Of a stretch of 64,000 bases of DNA, positions 20,985 through 31,612 are shown one piece after another. Position 1 is the stretch's first letter. The number at the start of each line of letters is the position of its first letter. The DNA is from a virus, in IMG/VR virus record IMGVR_UViG_3300032073_000003, positions 32,001-96,000 of that record. One strand, given 5' to 3'. The translations under genes and the position numbers were made by a program. The notes below the pieces were generated by a model, which was not told the DNA's origin, did not search any database, and worked only from the letters and a program-made list of their open reading frames with translations.

Positions 20985-22268
20985 TTAAAATCTCTTAAAC
21001 ATATTATTTTTAGAGATTGTTCTTTTATTTGTTTTACTAGATTTTCTAGTAGGAGTTGTTTTCTCATATTCATTACTTATAGAAGAAGAAGTTCTTTTTC
21101 TAGACTGTTCAGTTTTTAATTGTCTTACAGTTTTTTCTACAGCCTGTTTTCCTCCTTGATTTCTTACTTTAGTTTTATATCCATTTGGATCTGCTAATAA
21201 CCAAAGTGCTTCTGCAATAAGATCGTGTCTAGGTTCTACAAATTGATACTTTTCTAATAAATGACCTAACAAGTTTGTATTTTTACCAGATATAGAAGGA
21301 TAATTAGGTTGAACTAATCCTGAAAATAATAATCCTTGAACTTTTTTATCAAGTTTTAAACCTCCAATTGTACCATTAGCTAAAGTACTATAAACATTTT
21401 CTTGATATACTTTTGCTTGCTCTGCTTGTTGTTCTTTTTTATACTCTTGCTCTGCTAATTGTTTACCAATAATTTGCTCTTGCATAGCATCTAATTTAGG
21501 TTTAAATTGATTAGCTTTTTGCTCAAGTCTATCTAAATCTTTCCAATCAACAATTTCTTGTTCAACTTCTTCAGGAGTACCAAATCCTGTTGCATTTAAA
21601 TATTGTCTTGCAATTTCTGCTTGATCATATTCATTAGTTACATCAAGTTGTCTCATTTCTTCAACTTGTGCTAATGTTCTAAATAATCCTTTAAGATCAT
21701 TACCACCATCAGCAACATATTTAGCGGCTACTTGAAGTTCTTCTGGTAATGATTGAAAAAACTCTTGAGGTAAACTTTGTGCTACTTTGTTTTCTCTTTC
21801 TTGAAAATTTGCCTCAAACAACTCTCTAAAGTCTTTAGCAGAATATTCATCAATAGGTTTATCATCATCAAATGCAAACAAAGTACCTTCTTCAATCATT
21901 TTATAAGCTAGATCTACTAAGCCACTTTTATCAGTCTTACGTCTACCAGATTTAGATTCTTCATCTTCTTGTGAAGTAATTGCATCATCTAGTTCATCAA
22001 TAGTATCTTGAACTTCAGATTCAGTAATCACTGGTTTTACTTCTTCTTCCATTTCTGCTGTAGTAGTTTTTACTTCTTCAGCAGGATTGTCAATGAACGT
22101 AGTATCAACAGGCTTTTCAGTATCAAAGACTGTTTTCTTTTCTTCTTCTGGAAGCATTACACTTTCTGCACCTGGCATTCCAAAAATCTCATCAATATTT
22201 ACATCTACTTGTTCTACCGTTGTAGAATCTTGTATTGCCTCTTCTGACATTGTTTCGTTTTCATTCAT
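20985..22268 (-). CDS. Acidic scaffold/head assembly protein
   Basis: 427 aa. Very acidic disordered N-terminus, coiled coil, basic C-terminus. Lies between portal and MCP. Confidence 0.6.
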   Translation of the reverse strand: MNENETMSEEAIQDSTTVEQVDVNIDEIFGMPGAESVMLPEEEKKTVFDTEKPVDTTFIDNPAEEVKTTTAEMEEEVKPVITESEVQDTIDELDDAITSQEDEESKSGRRKTDKSGLVDLAYKMIEEGTLFAFDDDKPIDEYSAKDFRELFEANFQERENKVAQSLPQEFFQSLPEELQVAAKYVADGGNDLKGLFRTLAQVEEMRQLDVTNEYDQAEIARQYLNATGFGTPEEVEQEIVDWKDLDRLEQKANQFKPKLDAMQEQIIGKQLAEQEYKKEQQAEQAKVYQENVYSTLANGTIGGLKLDKKVQGLLFSGLVQPNYPSISGKNTNLLGHLLEKYQFVEPRHDLIAEALWLLADPNGYKTKVRNQGGKQAVEKTVRQLKTEQSRKRTSSSISNEYEKTTPTRKSSKTNKRTISKNNMFKRF

Positions 22269-22380
22269 GTTGTTGGTTTTATATTATACATTAATATACT
22301 AAATAAATATTTATCTAGTACTACAATAAACTTCAAAAATTTAAAATATTTTAAAAAAAAACCGCAATATATAGCTAAGT

Positions 22381-25125
22381 CTAATTATTGTTTTTTGGTT
22401 TGACATCATATTTATTTTTATTCTCTTGTGCAATTTGTAATTGTTTATCTGCAATTTCTTTTTGAGTTTGTAGTTTTTCTCTTTCAAGTTGGTTTTTTTG
22501 AGATTGAATAACCATTCTATTAGACTCTTTATCTCTTTGAAGATTTGCCTGGTCTTCATATTGTTCACTATTTCTAATATCTTGCATAGCATCTTTAAAG
22601 TCAGATTCCATATTTTGATTAATATCTGATGCAGAACCATAACCAGCAGCTCTGATTTCTGCAACTAAGATATCTCTTTGTCTATCTTTTTCATTTTCAG
22701 CCATTTCACTATCAATCTTCATTTGTTCTATCTGCTGTTGTTGCTGTTGTTCTTGCTGCTGCATTTGCTGTTGTTGTTGCATTTGCTGCTGTTGTTGTTG
22801 CTGTTGTTTTTGTTCTGAATCTTTAAGTGCAAGGTTTAAAGAAGCTAATGAATCTGACTGAACAACTTTACCAAGATCATATATACTAGCACCTGTAGTA
22901 TTATTTTGAAGAGCCATTTGTTTTAGTTGCTCTAATACAGCTCTATGATTTGCATTTGTACTAATAGATATATTTAAATCTCTTAGTAAAAGATCTGTAC
23001 CATTTATTTCAAAATTTACTTTTTCATCTGCTGATGTTATATATGTAAGTCTTGCAGATGGTTTTGTAGAATTATAATATTGAGCTAAGTTAGTTCTCAT
23101 TTCGTGAACTCTAGGCATAAGATAATCACAATGTTGTATAAAGAACATTTCTGTTTGAGCATATGATGCTTGCATTGCTTGTTCTACACCAGTAGCTGTT
23201 GTTTGAGATAATTGTTGACCCATTCTTTGTGGATTAACCCCTATTACTTCATATGCTTGACCTTTAAAATAATTAGCTAATTGTATTCTACCCATTAATC
23301 TATTAGTCTGTTCTAAATCTAATTTTTGAAAATGATTAAAGTTTAATGCATTTTCTGTATTTGTAATAGAAGTATCTAAAGGAAGCATTTGAAAATTTTT
23401 CATTGCAACATATGCTTTAGCATAATTACCTTTACCCCAATCTTCTCCTAAAGAATGTCTTGGTAAACTATTTTGATCAAGCATAATTACTGTACCTAAT
23501 TCATCTACTAATATATCTGCAATTTGATTATTTACAATATTGTATCCAATTTGATATGGTTTCATTAAATCAATTAAAGCTGTAGACTTTGTATTTCTAT
23601 CTGAAAATACTGAACCTTCTATAGGTATTTTACATCCATATAAACTACTTTCACCTTTAAATTGAAATTTTAAAGGTCCCATATTATTTTTATTTATACC
23701 AATATAAATTGGAGCAAATCCTCCTGGATTATTCATACCCCAAAAAGATGGAATATTTGGTCCAATTTTTACACCACCCCAAGTTTCATTAATCCAAATC
23801 CAATCTATATGTTCACCAAATAATAAATTATTTTTATCTTTGTTTTTAAATAATCTATTATCATATATTGGTTTATCTGTTATTTTATAATCTTCAGATA
23901 TAATTTCATTTGTTACTTCTCCTTCTTCAGTAATTTTAGTTAAATGTCCTACTTTTCTTTGAGATTTCCAATATGTAGTTGTAACTCTTAATAAATATGC
24001 AGTACCTTCATCTTGATAATCTTCACTTTCACCTAAGATTTGAGTTACTATATCAGAACCATCTAATATATTACCACTCATAAAAGATGTATATTGTCTA
24101 TATGCAAGTGATGGCATATTAGTATTCCATTCATGAGATTTTGTAGCATCATAAAAAGAACCATCATTTTGCTGACCTCCAATGTTATATCCAGCAGATC
24201 TTATTGGATATACTGCCTCTAATGCTTCATGTTGTTCTTCTGTAAGTATATGACCATATTTATCTATTACATCTGATACTGTAAGCATATCAGTTTTACC
24301 AGCCCAATTAGAATCAGATATATATCTAATATCCGGAGACTTATGGTAAAATGTAAGTACTGGGTTCCATAATTCAACATCATAATCATCTTCCATCATG
24401 TGAAAGTGCCAAAATTCTCTATCTGTAATAAGCATGTCACGGAAAGCTCTTTCTTCCAATTCATCCATACGGAATCTTTCTACATCTACTTTATGTTGAT
24501 GATCGGCCCATTGTTCTATCATTGACCTATAATCTTTTTTAAAGAATTGTTCAATTTCAGGTAATGATTTTAAACTTTCAGGTTGTAATTGTTGTTGAGC
24601 TTCTTCTGAATTAGGGTCTAATCCTTGTTCAAGCATTGCCGCTAACATTTTAGTTGCAGCATCTGCCATTAAAGTTTGTTCTACTTGACCTTTTTTTTGC
24701 TCAAGCATTTCATTATAAGAATAATCATCAACAGCTCTGTAACTTAATCTAGAAGATCTTTTAGCAAATTCAGCAGTAAGTACATTAACAACATTAGGAA
24801 TAATTGGATAAAATTTTAGCTCTAATGCAGATTCATCTTCTTTAGTTAAAAGTTCTACTACATCTCTATATTCATTATCTTCTTCAATTATATAATCAGA
24901 TCTATCTATAATACCTTTTGCAAGTTTGTAGTTTTTCATTAACCTTCTTGCATTTCTTCTGATTTGTTTTAATCCTTGCCATTCTAACCAATCCATGTTC
25001 CATGCCGCCCATTCTTCATCTTTACTTTTTTTTGGTAAAAACTGTAAAGGTTGAGTAATACTACCCATTCTATTTTGCTTTACTTTAGCACCTTTTTTAA
25101 GTTGCATTGCATTAAGTACTTGCAT
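22381..25125 (-). CDS. Portal protein
   Basis: 914 aa between TerL and scaffold/MCP, with a helical, Gln-rich C-terminal barrel region. Confidence 0.85.
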   Translation of the reverse strand: MQVLNAMQLKKGAKVKQNRMGSITQPLQFLPKKSKDEEWAAWNMDWLEWQGLKQIRRNARRLMKNYKLAKGIIDRSDYIIEEDNEYRDVVELLTKEDESALELKFYPIIPNVVNVLTAEFAKRSSRLSYRAVDDYSYNEMLEQKKGQVEQTLMADAATKMLAAMLEQGLDPNSEEAQQQLQPESLKSLPEIEQFFKKDYRSMIEQWADHQHKVDVERFRMDELEERAFRDMLITDREFWHFHMMEDDYDVELWNPVLTFYHKSPDIRYISDSNWAGKTDMLTVSDVIDKYGHILTEEQHEALEAVYPIRSAGYNIGGQQNDGSFYDATKSHEWNTNMPSLAYRQYTSFMSGNILDGSDIVTQILGESEDYQDEGTAYLLRVTTTYWKSQRKVGHLTKITEEGEVTNEIISEDYKITDKPIYDNRLFKNKDKNNLLFGEHIDWIWINETWGGVKIGPNIPSFWGMNNPGGFAPIYIGINKNNMGPLKFQFKGESSLYGCKIPIEGSVFSDRNTKSTALIDLMKPYQIGYNIVNNQIADILVDELGTVIMLDQNSLPRHSLGEDWGKGNYAKAYVAMKNFQMLPLDTSITNTENALNFNHFQKLDLEQTNRLMGRIQLANYFKGQAYEVIGVNPQRMGQQLSQTTATGVEQAMQASYAQTEMFFIQHCDYLMPRVHEMRTNLAQYYNSTKPSARLTYITSADEKVNFEINGTDLLLRDLNISISTNANHRAVLEQLKQMALQNNTTGASIYDLGKVVQSDSLASLNLALKDSEQKQQQQQQQQMQQQQQMQQQEQQQQQQIEQMKIDSEMAENEKDRQRDILVAEIRAAGYGSASDINQNMESDFKDAMQDIRNSEQYEDQANLQRDKESNRMVIQSQKNQLEREKLQTQKEIADKQLQIAQENKNKYDVKPKNNN

Positions 25126-25130
25126 AATTT

Positions 25131-27338
25131 TTATTTAATATTTTTAAATGCAGATCTTTTAGAAGACCTTCTTTTTATACTTCCTTTACCACCCATATGT
25201 CTAAAAGGACTCTTAGTTAATTTAAACAAATTTTCTGACTTTTGCAAGTTTTTAGCAGCCTCGTCTCTAACTGTTCTTTTGTTATACCCTCTATTAGAGT
25301 GTTGAATTTTCATAAAACCTACTAAAGCTGCAAATGATACTAATCTATCAGTGTTAACTCCTTCTGCATACTCTCTCATTTCTTTGATTAACATTGGATC
25401 AGGTATTCTTTCAATTCCATAAGTAGTTTTTACTACAGTACCATCAGGTTTAGTTTCTTGATCTAATTCTTCTTTAGTATATTCTATAGCATAACTAAGA
25501 AGGTGTCCTTTAAATAGTATTCCTGTATTTTTCCATCCATACTCCTGGAAAACGTTAGCATTAGAACCAAGATCTTTTAAAAACATAATCTGACCTTTTG
25601 GAACAAGATATCTTTGTTTTTTTCTATGTATCATGTATTGTATAAATAATGATATATTATTTTCAACTAATGCCCATGCATTATACCATTCTATAATTAA
25701 TTCTAATCGTTTATGTGTTTGATTTATATCATCATACCTACCACACCAAGCTGCAACAATCTTATCTTGTTCTATATATGTTTCAGTTTCTGTACCATTT
25801 ACATTAGTTACTTCAACAGGTGCTTTCATTATGTAAATAGAACATAAAGATTCTGAAGTAGTTGTTTTTCCTTCTGATACAGGGTCAATAGAAGCATAAT
25901 AAGTTTTAGCAAATACTGGATTTTTTATAGGTCTTTCCCATACTACAAGACACCCTGTTTTATCTTCTGTTTTTTTCTTAATTGGAAATTCTGTTATAGG
26001 ACGTTTATTACTTTTTTTTACGGCAGGTTTTCCATCAGCATCAGCAAAAATATCTAAAAACTCATAACCATATTCTTTTTCTTCTATTCTTCTTTCTTGT
26101 GCAGTAAGTAAATGAGGAGGGAATACAGATACAGTTCTATGTGCAAATGCTTCTTTAATATTTCTTGGATGTTGAGATATTCTTAATTGATAATCTTCTG
26201 GTGCTAATTCTTTTTTCCAATCTTCAAATTGTTTGTTTAATGCTTCAAATGCATCTTTAACTTTAGAATTACCATGATCATCAATATGAGGAGGCATTGA
26301 CCATTGTTCTGGAATAAAAAGTCCTGACAAACCTTCAGTACCTTTATCATCTATTAAATCTGTTTCTATTGCATATATGTCAGATGCTATAGGATTTTGA
26401 ATCATTTCTTTTAACGGATTACATTGAGACAAATCACCTACTGATCCAGCAGCTATAAACATACCAGTTGTAGTAAGACCCGATCTCATTGCAGGTCTCA
26501 TATACTCATATGTTTTATTCATTTTAGGTGCAATACCTGCTTCTTCATGAAAGAAGTATTTTACTGGACCACCTACACCATTTGTTGGATCTTTCTCAAA
26601 TGACATACCTTGTATAGTTCCTTTAAGACCAACTTCAGTTTTACGATCACCCTTTCTAACTTCAATTTTTTGTTGCCACATCATAACTTTATCTGGTGAC
26701 ATTGGTCTATACCAAGCAGTATGTTCATTTAAAAATGCAGAATATTCTTGTAAAAATTTCCAAGATCCTTTTTCATTTATATAATCTTTTAAACTAGCTC
26801 CTATTTTTAATGTAACACCTGGTTCAAACCATTGCTGATTTATTAATTTAGCCATATGATAATAGGATGATGCTATCTGACGTTTCTTTAATATAGCAAC
26901 ATGTTTATAATTTAATTCTGCTAATAATTCATATAATGCCATATGATATTGGGCATCTCTAATATCAGCAAAACCAAATTTTTGTATTTCTTTATTAAAA
27001 ATTGGTAAAAAATTTAACCACATGTAATATTCTCTTGCAAGAAACCAAATGTTATCTTTATCTTTTATAATAACACCTTTTCTACATTTAGCTTTTTCAT
27101 TGTCCCAATATTTTATAAAGTCACTGGATTTAAAGGGAGCTGTACAATATACTCCATCAGTTTCAAATTTTTTAGATTGTTCAATAAATATGTTACTTGT
27201 AAGTTCGTTGAATAAATATTCTCCAGGTTGTTTAAATATATTTTTGATAAACTCAGCGAAGTCTTCTCTGGATTCAAAACTGGTAACTGTCCATTTTTCG
27301 TTTTCATAAGTTGGTATGTTTTGATAAATTTCACTCAT
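25131..27338 (-). CDS. terL: Terminase large subunit
   Basis: 735 aa. 'LKKRQIASS' Walker A variant, 'FFHEEAG' Walker B, RNase H nuclease 'ASIDPVSEG' and C-terminal 'NTDRLVS'. Confidence 0.9.
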   Translation of the reverse strand: MSEIYQNIPTYENEKWTVTSFESREDFAEFIKNIFKQPGEYLFNELTSNIFIEQSKKFETDGVYCTAPFKSSDFIKYWDNEKAKCRKGVIIKDKDNIWFLAREYYMWLNFLPIFNKEIQKFGFADIRDAQYHMALYELLAELNYKHVAILKKRQIASSYYHMAKLINQQWFEPGVTLKIGASLKDYINEKGSWKFLQEYSAFLNEHTAWYRPMSPDKVMMWQQKIEVRKGDRKTEVGLKGTIQGMSFEKDPTNGVGGPVKYFFHEEAGIAPKMNKTYEYMRPAMRSGLTTTGMFIAAGSVGDLSQCNPLKEMIQNPIASDIYAIETDLIDDKGTEGLSGLFIPEQWSMPPHIDDHGNSKVKDAFEALNKQFEDWKKELAPEDYQLRISQHPRNIKEAFAHRTVSVFPPHLLTAQERRIEEKEYGYEFLDIFADADGKPAVKKSNKRPITEFPIKKKTEDKTGCLVVWERPIKNPVFAKTYYASIDPVSEGKTTTSESLCSIYIMKAPVEVTNVNGTETETYIEQDKIVAAWCGRYDDINQTHKRLELIIEWYNAWALVENNISLFIQYMIHRKKQRYLVPKGQIMFLKDLGSNANVFQEYGWKNTGILFKGHLLSYAIEYTKEELDQETKPDGTVVKTTYGIERIPDPMLIKEMREYAEGVNTDRLVSFAALVGFMKIQHSNRGYNKRTVRDEAAKNLQKSENLFKLTKSPFRHMGGKGSIKRRSSKRSAFKNIK

Positions 27339-27856
27339 TATGAGTCATATGCTAATCCTAAACCTCCACGTACTCTTGATGATTGCTCATCTTGAAGATC
27401 TTTATAAGCTCCTTTAAATGACGATCTAATTGCTTCAAAGTCTTTTGCAACTGCACGTATTTGAGATATATTACCATCTCTACCATCTGTAATTTGAGTA
27501 TTTTCCATATACTTTGCTAATCTATCTAGCATAGTTGATATACCTTTATATGCTCTTGATGTTGGTGTCTCATACATTCTTTGACAAAATTGTAATGCTG
27601 TAAATATATCTTCATCTTCAGTAGAGAACTCTACATTAAGTTGATCTAATATTAAACTCTCTTTATCCATTTCTGGAGTAAAGAAAAAAGGATTAAGATC
27701 AGGATTTGGACAACACATGTAAAATAAATACTGATATATTTTTAAATATTCTTCAGGATAATTATCCATTATATCTTTTAAAGCTTTTAAAGTAAAGCAA
27801 TGTTCTGTAGGTATTACAGTTCCGTTTTTCACATCAAATAGTCTAGTTAAAATCAT
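27338..27856 (-). CDS. Putative terminase small subunit
   Basis: 172 aa, helical, translationally coupled directly upstream of terL. Assignment by synteny only. Confidence 0.45.
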   Translation of the reverse strand: MILTRLFDVKNGTVIPTEHCFTLKALKDIMDNYPEEYLKIYQYLFYMCCPNPDLNPFFFTPEMDKESLILDQLNVEFSTEDEDIFTALQFCQRMYETPTSRAYKGISTMLDRLAKYMENTQITDGRDGNISQIRAVAKDFEAIRSSFKGAYKDLQDEQSSRVRGGLGLAYDS

Positions 27857-28683
27857 TTCTTTTTTATTTTATTTTTATTATCATTTAAAAAATAAAAAAT
27901 GGATAAAACTTCATCTATTAAATATGGGACAGGTATTATGTCTACAGCTTTAACAATAGGATCTCCATTTTCATCTTTTTTACTTATTGGATAACCCCAT
28001 TTATCTTCACCTTCAACTTCAAAGGAAATATGGTTTAAAAAAATCTTACCAGGTTTTAGTTTAGGATTATGCTTTAATATAATATACATATAAATACTCA
28101 GTTGTAAGGCATAATGATTAAAATTACAATCATCTAAATTTGAAATTGGAGCTAACATTTTTTCAGAAACACCTTCCCAATTTACATATGATTTCATTTT
28201 AATTTGCTTATTAGTCTTATAGTCAATTATATTAACCTTACCATTAACTACTTCAACTAAATCAGATTGACCACAAATTCCTTTTGATCTTAAATAAACC
28301 ATATGTTCAGGATATACACCTGATTCTAATTTTTGTGAAGGTGCAAACTTTGTCCCTTTTTTTGTTTCTATAGGTTTAAATACTGGAACAGTTACCCCTT
28401 CTCTTTCTATTGACGCAAAAGAACATAAATCAGCTTCTCTTTGGTCATGATAAAATGACCCTAAATCAGTAGCACGTTTTGATTCATTATTCCATATTTC
28501 TTTTATAAGCTTTGGTTCAATACCAAACCATTTTGATTTTTTATTTTTACTAACTTTTTTTGCAACAGCATTTGCATCAAATGGGTTTTTAAAATAAGAA
28601 ATTAATGTAGTTACACTTACCCAATCTATTTTATCATCATCAATACTTTTATAACTATGGTCATCTGCATTAAATACTATCAT
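27853..28683 (-). CDS. PD-(D/E)XK nuclease (Cas4/RecB-like)
   Basis: Motifs 'E.MVY', 'GQSDLV', 'IIDYKT' and 'HYALQLSIY'. Confidence 0.8.
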   Translation of the reverse strand: MIVFNADDHSYKSIDDDKIDWVSVTTLISYFKNPFDANAVAKKVSKNKKSKWFGIEPKLIKEIWNNESKRATDLGSFYHDQREADLCSFASIEREGVTVPVFKPIETKKGTKFAPSQKLESGVYPEHMVYLRSKGICGQSDLVEVVNGKVNIIDYKTNKQIKMKSYVNWEGVSEKMLAPISNLDDCNFNHYALQLSIYMYIILKHNPKLKPGKIFLNHISFEVEGEDKWGYPISKKDENGDPIVKAVDIIPVPYLIDEVLSIFYFLNDNKNKIKKK

Positions 28684-28973
28684 AATTCTTCTAATTTATC
28701 TTCTTCTTCAACTGTAACAATAGCCTTCCATTTATATAAAGGACAATCTGATGCAAGTGATCTTGTTTTAAATCCTAAAGAACATCCGCATTCATTACAA
28801 CATGGACCTGTACCTTTTACAGCACATTCATCACCCTTACTGGGACAATCATTACATATATTATATCTTAGTGTAGCAATTTCTTCTATTGTTTCATCTC
28901 TTATGACTGAATTAGTCATCCCCTCTAGAATTGCTTTTCTGTTTTGCCAAATTAATTTTAGAGTATTTTTCAT
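28680..28973 (-). CDS. Zinc-binding protein
   Basis: CxxC...C...CxxCGC...CPxxKW pattern. Confidence 0.65.
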   Translation of the reverse strand: MKNTLKLIWQNRKAILEGMTNSVIRDETIEEIATLRYNICNDCPSKGDECAVKGTGPCCNECGCSLGFKTRSLASDCPLYKWKAIVTVEEEDKLEEL

Positions 28974-29319
28974 TTTTAAATTCTTGTCTACTTTTTAACT
29001 CTTTTTCTATTTTTACGTTTACCTTTTTTAATCGTTTTAATTTTTCCTCAATACTCTTTTTATTATGATAAGCACCAAATGTAGAAGTATCATGGTTATC
29101 TAAAACTTTTTCATAATGGGGAATTGCATTTTTAACTTTTTTCATTTTAAGTACAAAATGACCAAGACCTTCAACATTTAGTCTTAAATCTTCTATACTT
29201 GACATTCTTTTTTTTAATGTCTTATAATAAAAATGCACTAAATCATCTACAAGTTTTTCTGAACATTCAAACTCATCTGTTATTTCTCTATATAAACTAC
29301 TTGCTTTTTTCGGTATCAT
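28912..29319 (-). CDS. IHF/HU-like DNA-binding protein
   Basis: 'LVDDLVHFYY...LNVEGLGHF' HU-type motif. Start moved to ATG 29319 to reduce overlap. Confidence 0.6.
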   Translation of the reverse strand: MIPKKASSLYREITDEFECSEKLVDDLVHFYYKTLKKRMSSIEDLRLNVEGLGHFVLKMKKVKNAIPHYEKVLDNHDTSTFGAYHNKKSIEEKLKRLKKVNVKIEKELKSRQEFKNEKYSKINLAKQKSNSRGDD

Positions 29320-29677
29320 TTGAAACAAGTTTATAGTCTAATAAAATTATACCTTTAGTCTGAATTTTTAAATTTGGATTAAGTGTAATAATTTTTTTAT
29401 TAGATTTATCTTTAATAACTAATTTATTTTTCTCAGCTTTGTTTATACTATTTCTTACAGTTTGAGGTGATTTGAAAATCCAATCCTCTTCTGAAGATGC
29501 GTCTAAACAAAAATTACTAAGTTCTATAGGTTCATTAAAACTTAAAAGAGTTAGGCAATTTAAATCAGATTCACTCATTGTTATACGATTTATATAACAA
29601 TGAGTTAGAATCTGAAATTTTACAATTTCCCATTTAGGCAACTTTACTTTTTTTTGTACTTGATTTACAAGTGCCAT
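29297..29677 (-). CDS. Winged-helix protein (RepL-like)
   Basis: 126 aa. 'SPQTVRNSINKAEKNKLV...LNP' wHTH pattern; conserved in the crAss-like terminase block. Confidence 0.55.
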   Translation of the reverse strand: MALVNQVQKKVKLPKWEIVKFQILTHCYINRITMSESDLNCLTLLSFNEPIELSNFCLDASSEEDWIFKSPQTVRNSINKAEKNKLVIKDKSNKKIITLNPNLKIQTKGIILLDYKLVSNDTEKSK

Positions 29678-29988
29678 TACTCTTTTCTTAATTTTTTACT
29701 TTTACCAGTTGGTGCTTTAGTTTCTGGTTTAGTTTCGGGTTTAGGGTGTGACGGAGTTAATTGTTCATCAGACTCTTCTGGTCCTTGTACTGCAGCCATC
29801 ATATTTGCATATTGTATCTGCATATTAGCTCTTTTAAATCTTGATTCTTCTACTTCAGTGAGTAATTTTTCATACTCAGCTTGTGACTTTAAATAAGGAA
29901 GAGATTTTTCATAAAATTCTTTCATTTCATCTCTTCTTGACTCTAACTCTTCTGGAGTTAATTGATCTTCTAGTTGTTGGTTATCCAT
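29677..29988 (-). CDS. Hypothetical coiled-coil protein
   Basis: 103 aa, coupled to the next gene, promoter-like motif upstream. Confidence 0.65.
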   Translation of the reverse strand: MDNQQLEDQLTPEELESRRDEMKEFYEKSLPYLKSQAEYEKLLTEVEESRFKRANMQIQYANMMAAVQGPEESDEQLTPSHPKPETKPETKAPTGKSKKLRKE

Positions 29989-30050
29989 AATATGTTATTT
30001 TATATTTAACACAAATATACTAAAATAGTTTAAATATCTAATGTTTAAAC

Positions 30051-30085
30051 AAAAAAAATCTAGATATACAATATACCTAGACTTT
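30051..30085 (-). terminator. Intrinsic terminator
   Basis: TCTAGGTATA-TTG-TATATCTAGA plus T8, downstream of the lysis genes. Confidence 0.6.
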
Positions 30086-30265
30086 ATTATGAGTTAATAT
30101 TTAATTATCTATTTTTTACAGTAAAATTTAAAATAGTTAATGCATAAAAATCTCTTTGATGGTCAATTTCAATTGATAAAATATCTAATAAAGATATTTT
30201 AATTCTTAAAATAAATGTTTTATAATTTGGTTTATATTTCTTCCAACCATTTCTAAATTTCATAA

Positions 30266-30979
30266 TTAAACACTTTTAGTTTTTTCTATTTCTAGTATCA
30301 TCTCAAAATGAATTTTTGCTATTCTATCTCTACCATCTTCTGAAAGTAAATATTTATGACAGTTATCAGAGTTAGTCATAAAGAAGTTTTCAGATAGTAT
30401 TGCAGGCATTACTGTTTTTCTTAATACCCAAAAATTAGATTCCTTATCTGCATCACCATCACGAGTATCTTTTCTCATTTTTTCATCTGGAAATTCAGCT
30501 GCTGCATTCTTTGCTAAAACAGATGCTATTAGGTCTGATTTTGTTTCACCTTCTGATGTATAAACAGACCAACCATTTGCTGATTCGTCACTAAATCCAT
30601 TAGCATGAACAGAAACATAAATACAAGGTTTACCACCCTTATCATATTCTTTTCTCCAAATATCATTAGCTTTATCAGTACGTTCAGATAAAGGTACGTC
30701 TTCTTGTGTATCAACTAAATTAACACACTCAATTCCTGCATCAGTACATAATTTCATTAATCTATCCACAATACCTCTATTAAATTCACCTTCATATAGG
30801 ATTTCTCCATCAGGCCATAAAGGTGATCTTTTACCTGCTGTTTGATATACACCATCTATAATACCACCATGACCATTATCAAATAACCAAATATAGTTTG
30901 ATTCAGATGTAGAAGGTTTAGGGGTTACATTAACCTCATACTTAGCTCCACAATTAGGACATTTTATATCTTTACTCAT
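30266..30979 (-). CDS. N-acetylmuramoyl-L-alanine amidase (Amidase_3) endolysin
   Basis: 'FDNGHG', 'E.EFN', 'SVHANG', 'ILSENFFM' zinc-amidase motifs and an N-terminal CPNCG ribbon. Confidence 0.9.
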   Translation of the reverse strand: MSKDIKCPNCGAKYEVNVTPKPSTSESNYIWLFDNGHGGIIDGVYQTAGKRSPLWPDGEILYEGEFNRGIVDRLMKLCTDAGIECVNLVDTQEDVPLSERTDKANDIWRKEYDKGGKPCIYVSVHANGFSDESANGWSVYTSEGETKSDLIASVLAKNAAAEFPDEKMRKDTRDGDADKESNFWVLRKTVMPAILSENFFMTNSDNCHKYLLSEDGRDRIAKIHFEMILEIEKTKSV

Positions 30980-30988
30980 TATTTTTTT

Positions 30989-31435
30989 TTAAAACGGTAA
31001 GATTTTTTTTATATAAAATCCTACACCTATACCACACATTAATACTAACCACCACATTCTACCAACAAATCTTAAAAAAGGACTAGATTTATTTTCAGCT
31101 TTTGTTTGTTTAGTTTCTTCTTTTTCTATTCTAACCTTAGCTTTTTCTTTTATTCTTATAGTATCTCTAATAAACTTATTTTCTATTCTAATTTCTCTAA
31201 TAGTTTTTGGAATATACACATCCTTATAAAAAACTATAGTATCTTTAGATGTAAAGAATTTTTCATAAACTATAGTATCATGTCTTATTACTGGAATAGA
31301 GTCAATTGTAGTTACTTGAATTGTATCTGATTTAACTGTTTCTTTAAGACCTTTTTTTAATGCTTTAGTGTAATGCCATTTAGCAGAGCAATTAGATAGT
31401 AATATTGATATAATTATTAAATATACTAATTTCAT
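30989..31435 (-). CDS. Lipoprotein with C-terminal TM helix (unimolecular spanin-like)
   Basis: Signal peptide with lipobox-like LLSN-C at Cys16 and a C-terminal hydrophobic helix (MWWLVLMCGIGVGFYI). Lies next to the endolysin. Confidence 0.6.
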   Translation of the reverse strand: MKLVYLIIISILLSNCSAKWHYTKALKKGLKETVKSDTIQVTTIDSIPVIRHDTIVYEKFFTSKDTIVFYKDVYIPKTIREIRIENKFIRDTIRIKEKAKVRIEKEETKQTKAENKSSPFLRFVGRMWWLVLMCGIGVGFYIKKILPF

Positions 31436-31611
31436 TTTTTTGGATTAATACCAATCAATGAATCTTTTGAACGTAAAAAAGTTAACCCCCATCCAAACAT
31501 AATAACAACTTCTTCCATTGGTTTTTCCATGAAATAAAGTACACAAGCACCAATACATATTAATGCGCCTAATATAGTAGTTACGAGACCACTTTTAAAT
31601 AATCTTTCCAT
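31432..31611 (-). CDS. Putative holin, 59 aa, two TM segments
   Basis: Hand-translated MERLFKSGLVTTILGALICIGACVLYFMEKPMEEVVIMFGWGLTFLRSKDSLIGINPKK*. ATGA overlap with the lipoprotein gene. Confidence 0.65.
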   Translation of the reverse strand: MERLFKSGLVTTILGALICIGACVLYFMEKPMEEVVIMFGWGLTFLRSKDSLIGINPKK

Positions 31612-31612
31612 T

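Noticed and set aside
22341-22664. 107-aa same-strand alternative-frame ORF over the portal 3' end (possible frameshift extension)
   Set aside because: No obvious slippery site or stimulatory structure seen, and low-complexity A-rich DNA explains the open frame.
19340-27338. Introns or inteins in MCP, portal or terL
   Set aside because: ORFs are uninterrupted and of expected size. No intein splice motifs or LAGLIDADG blocks were recognised.
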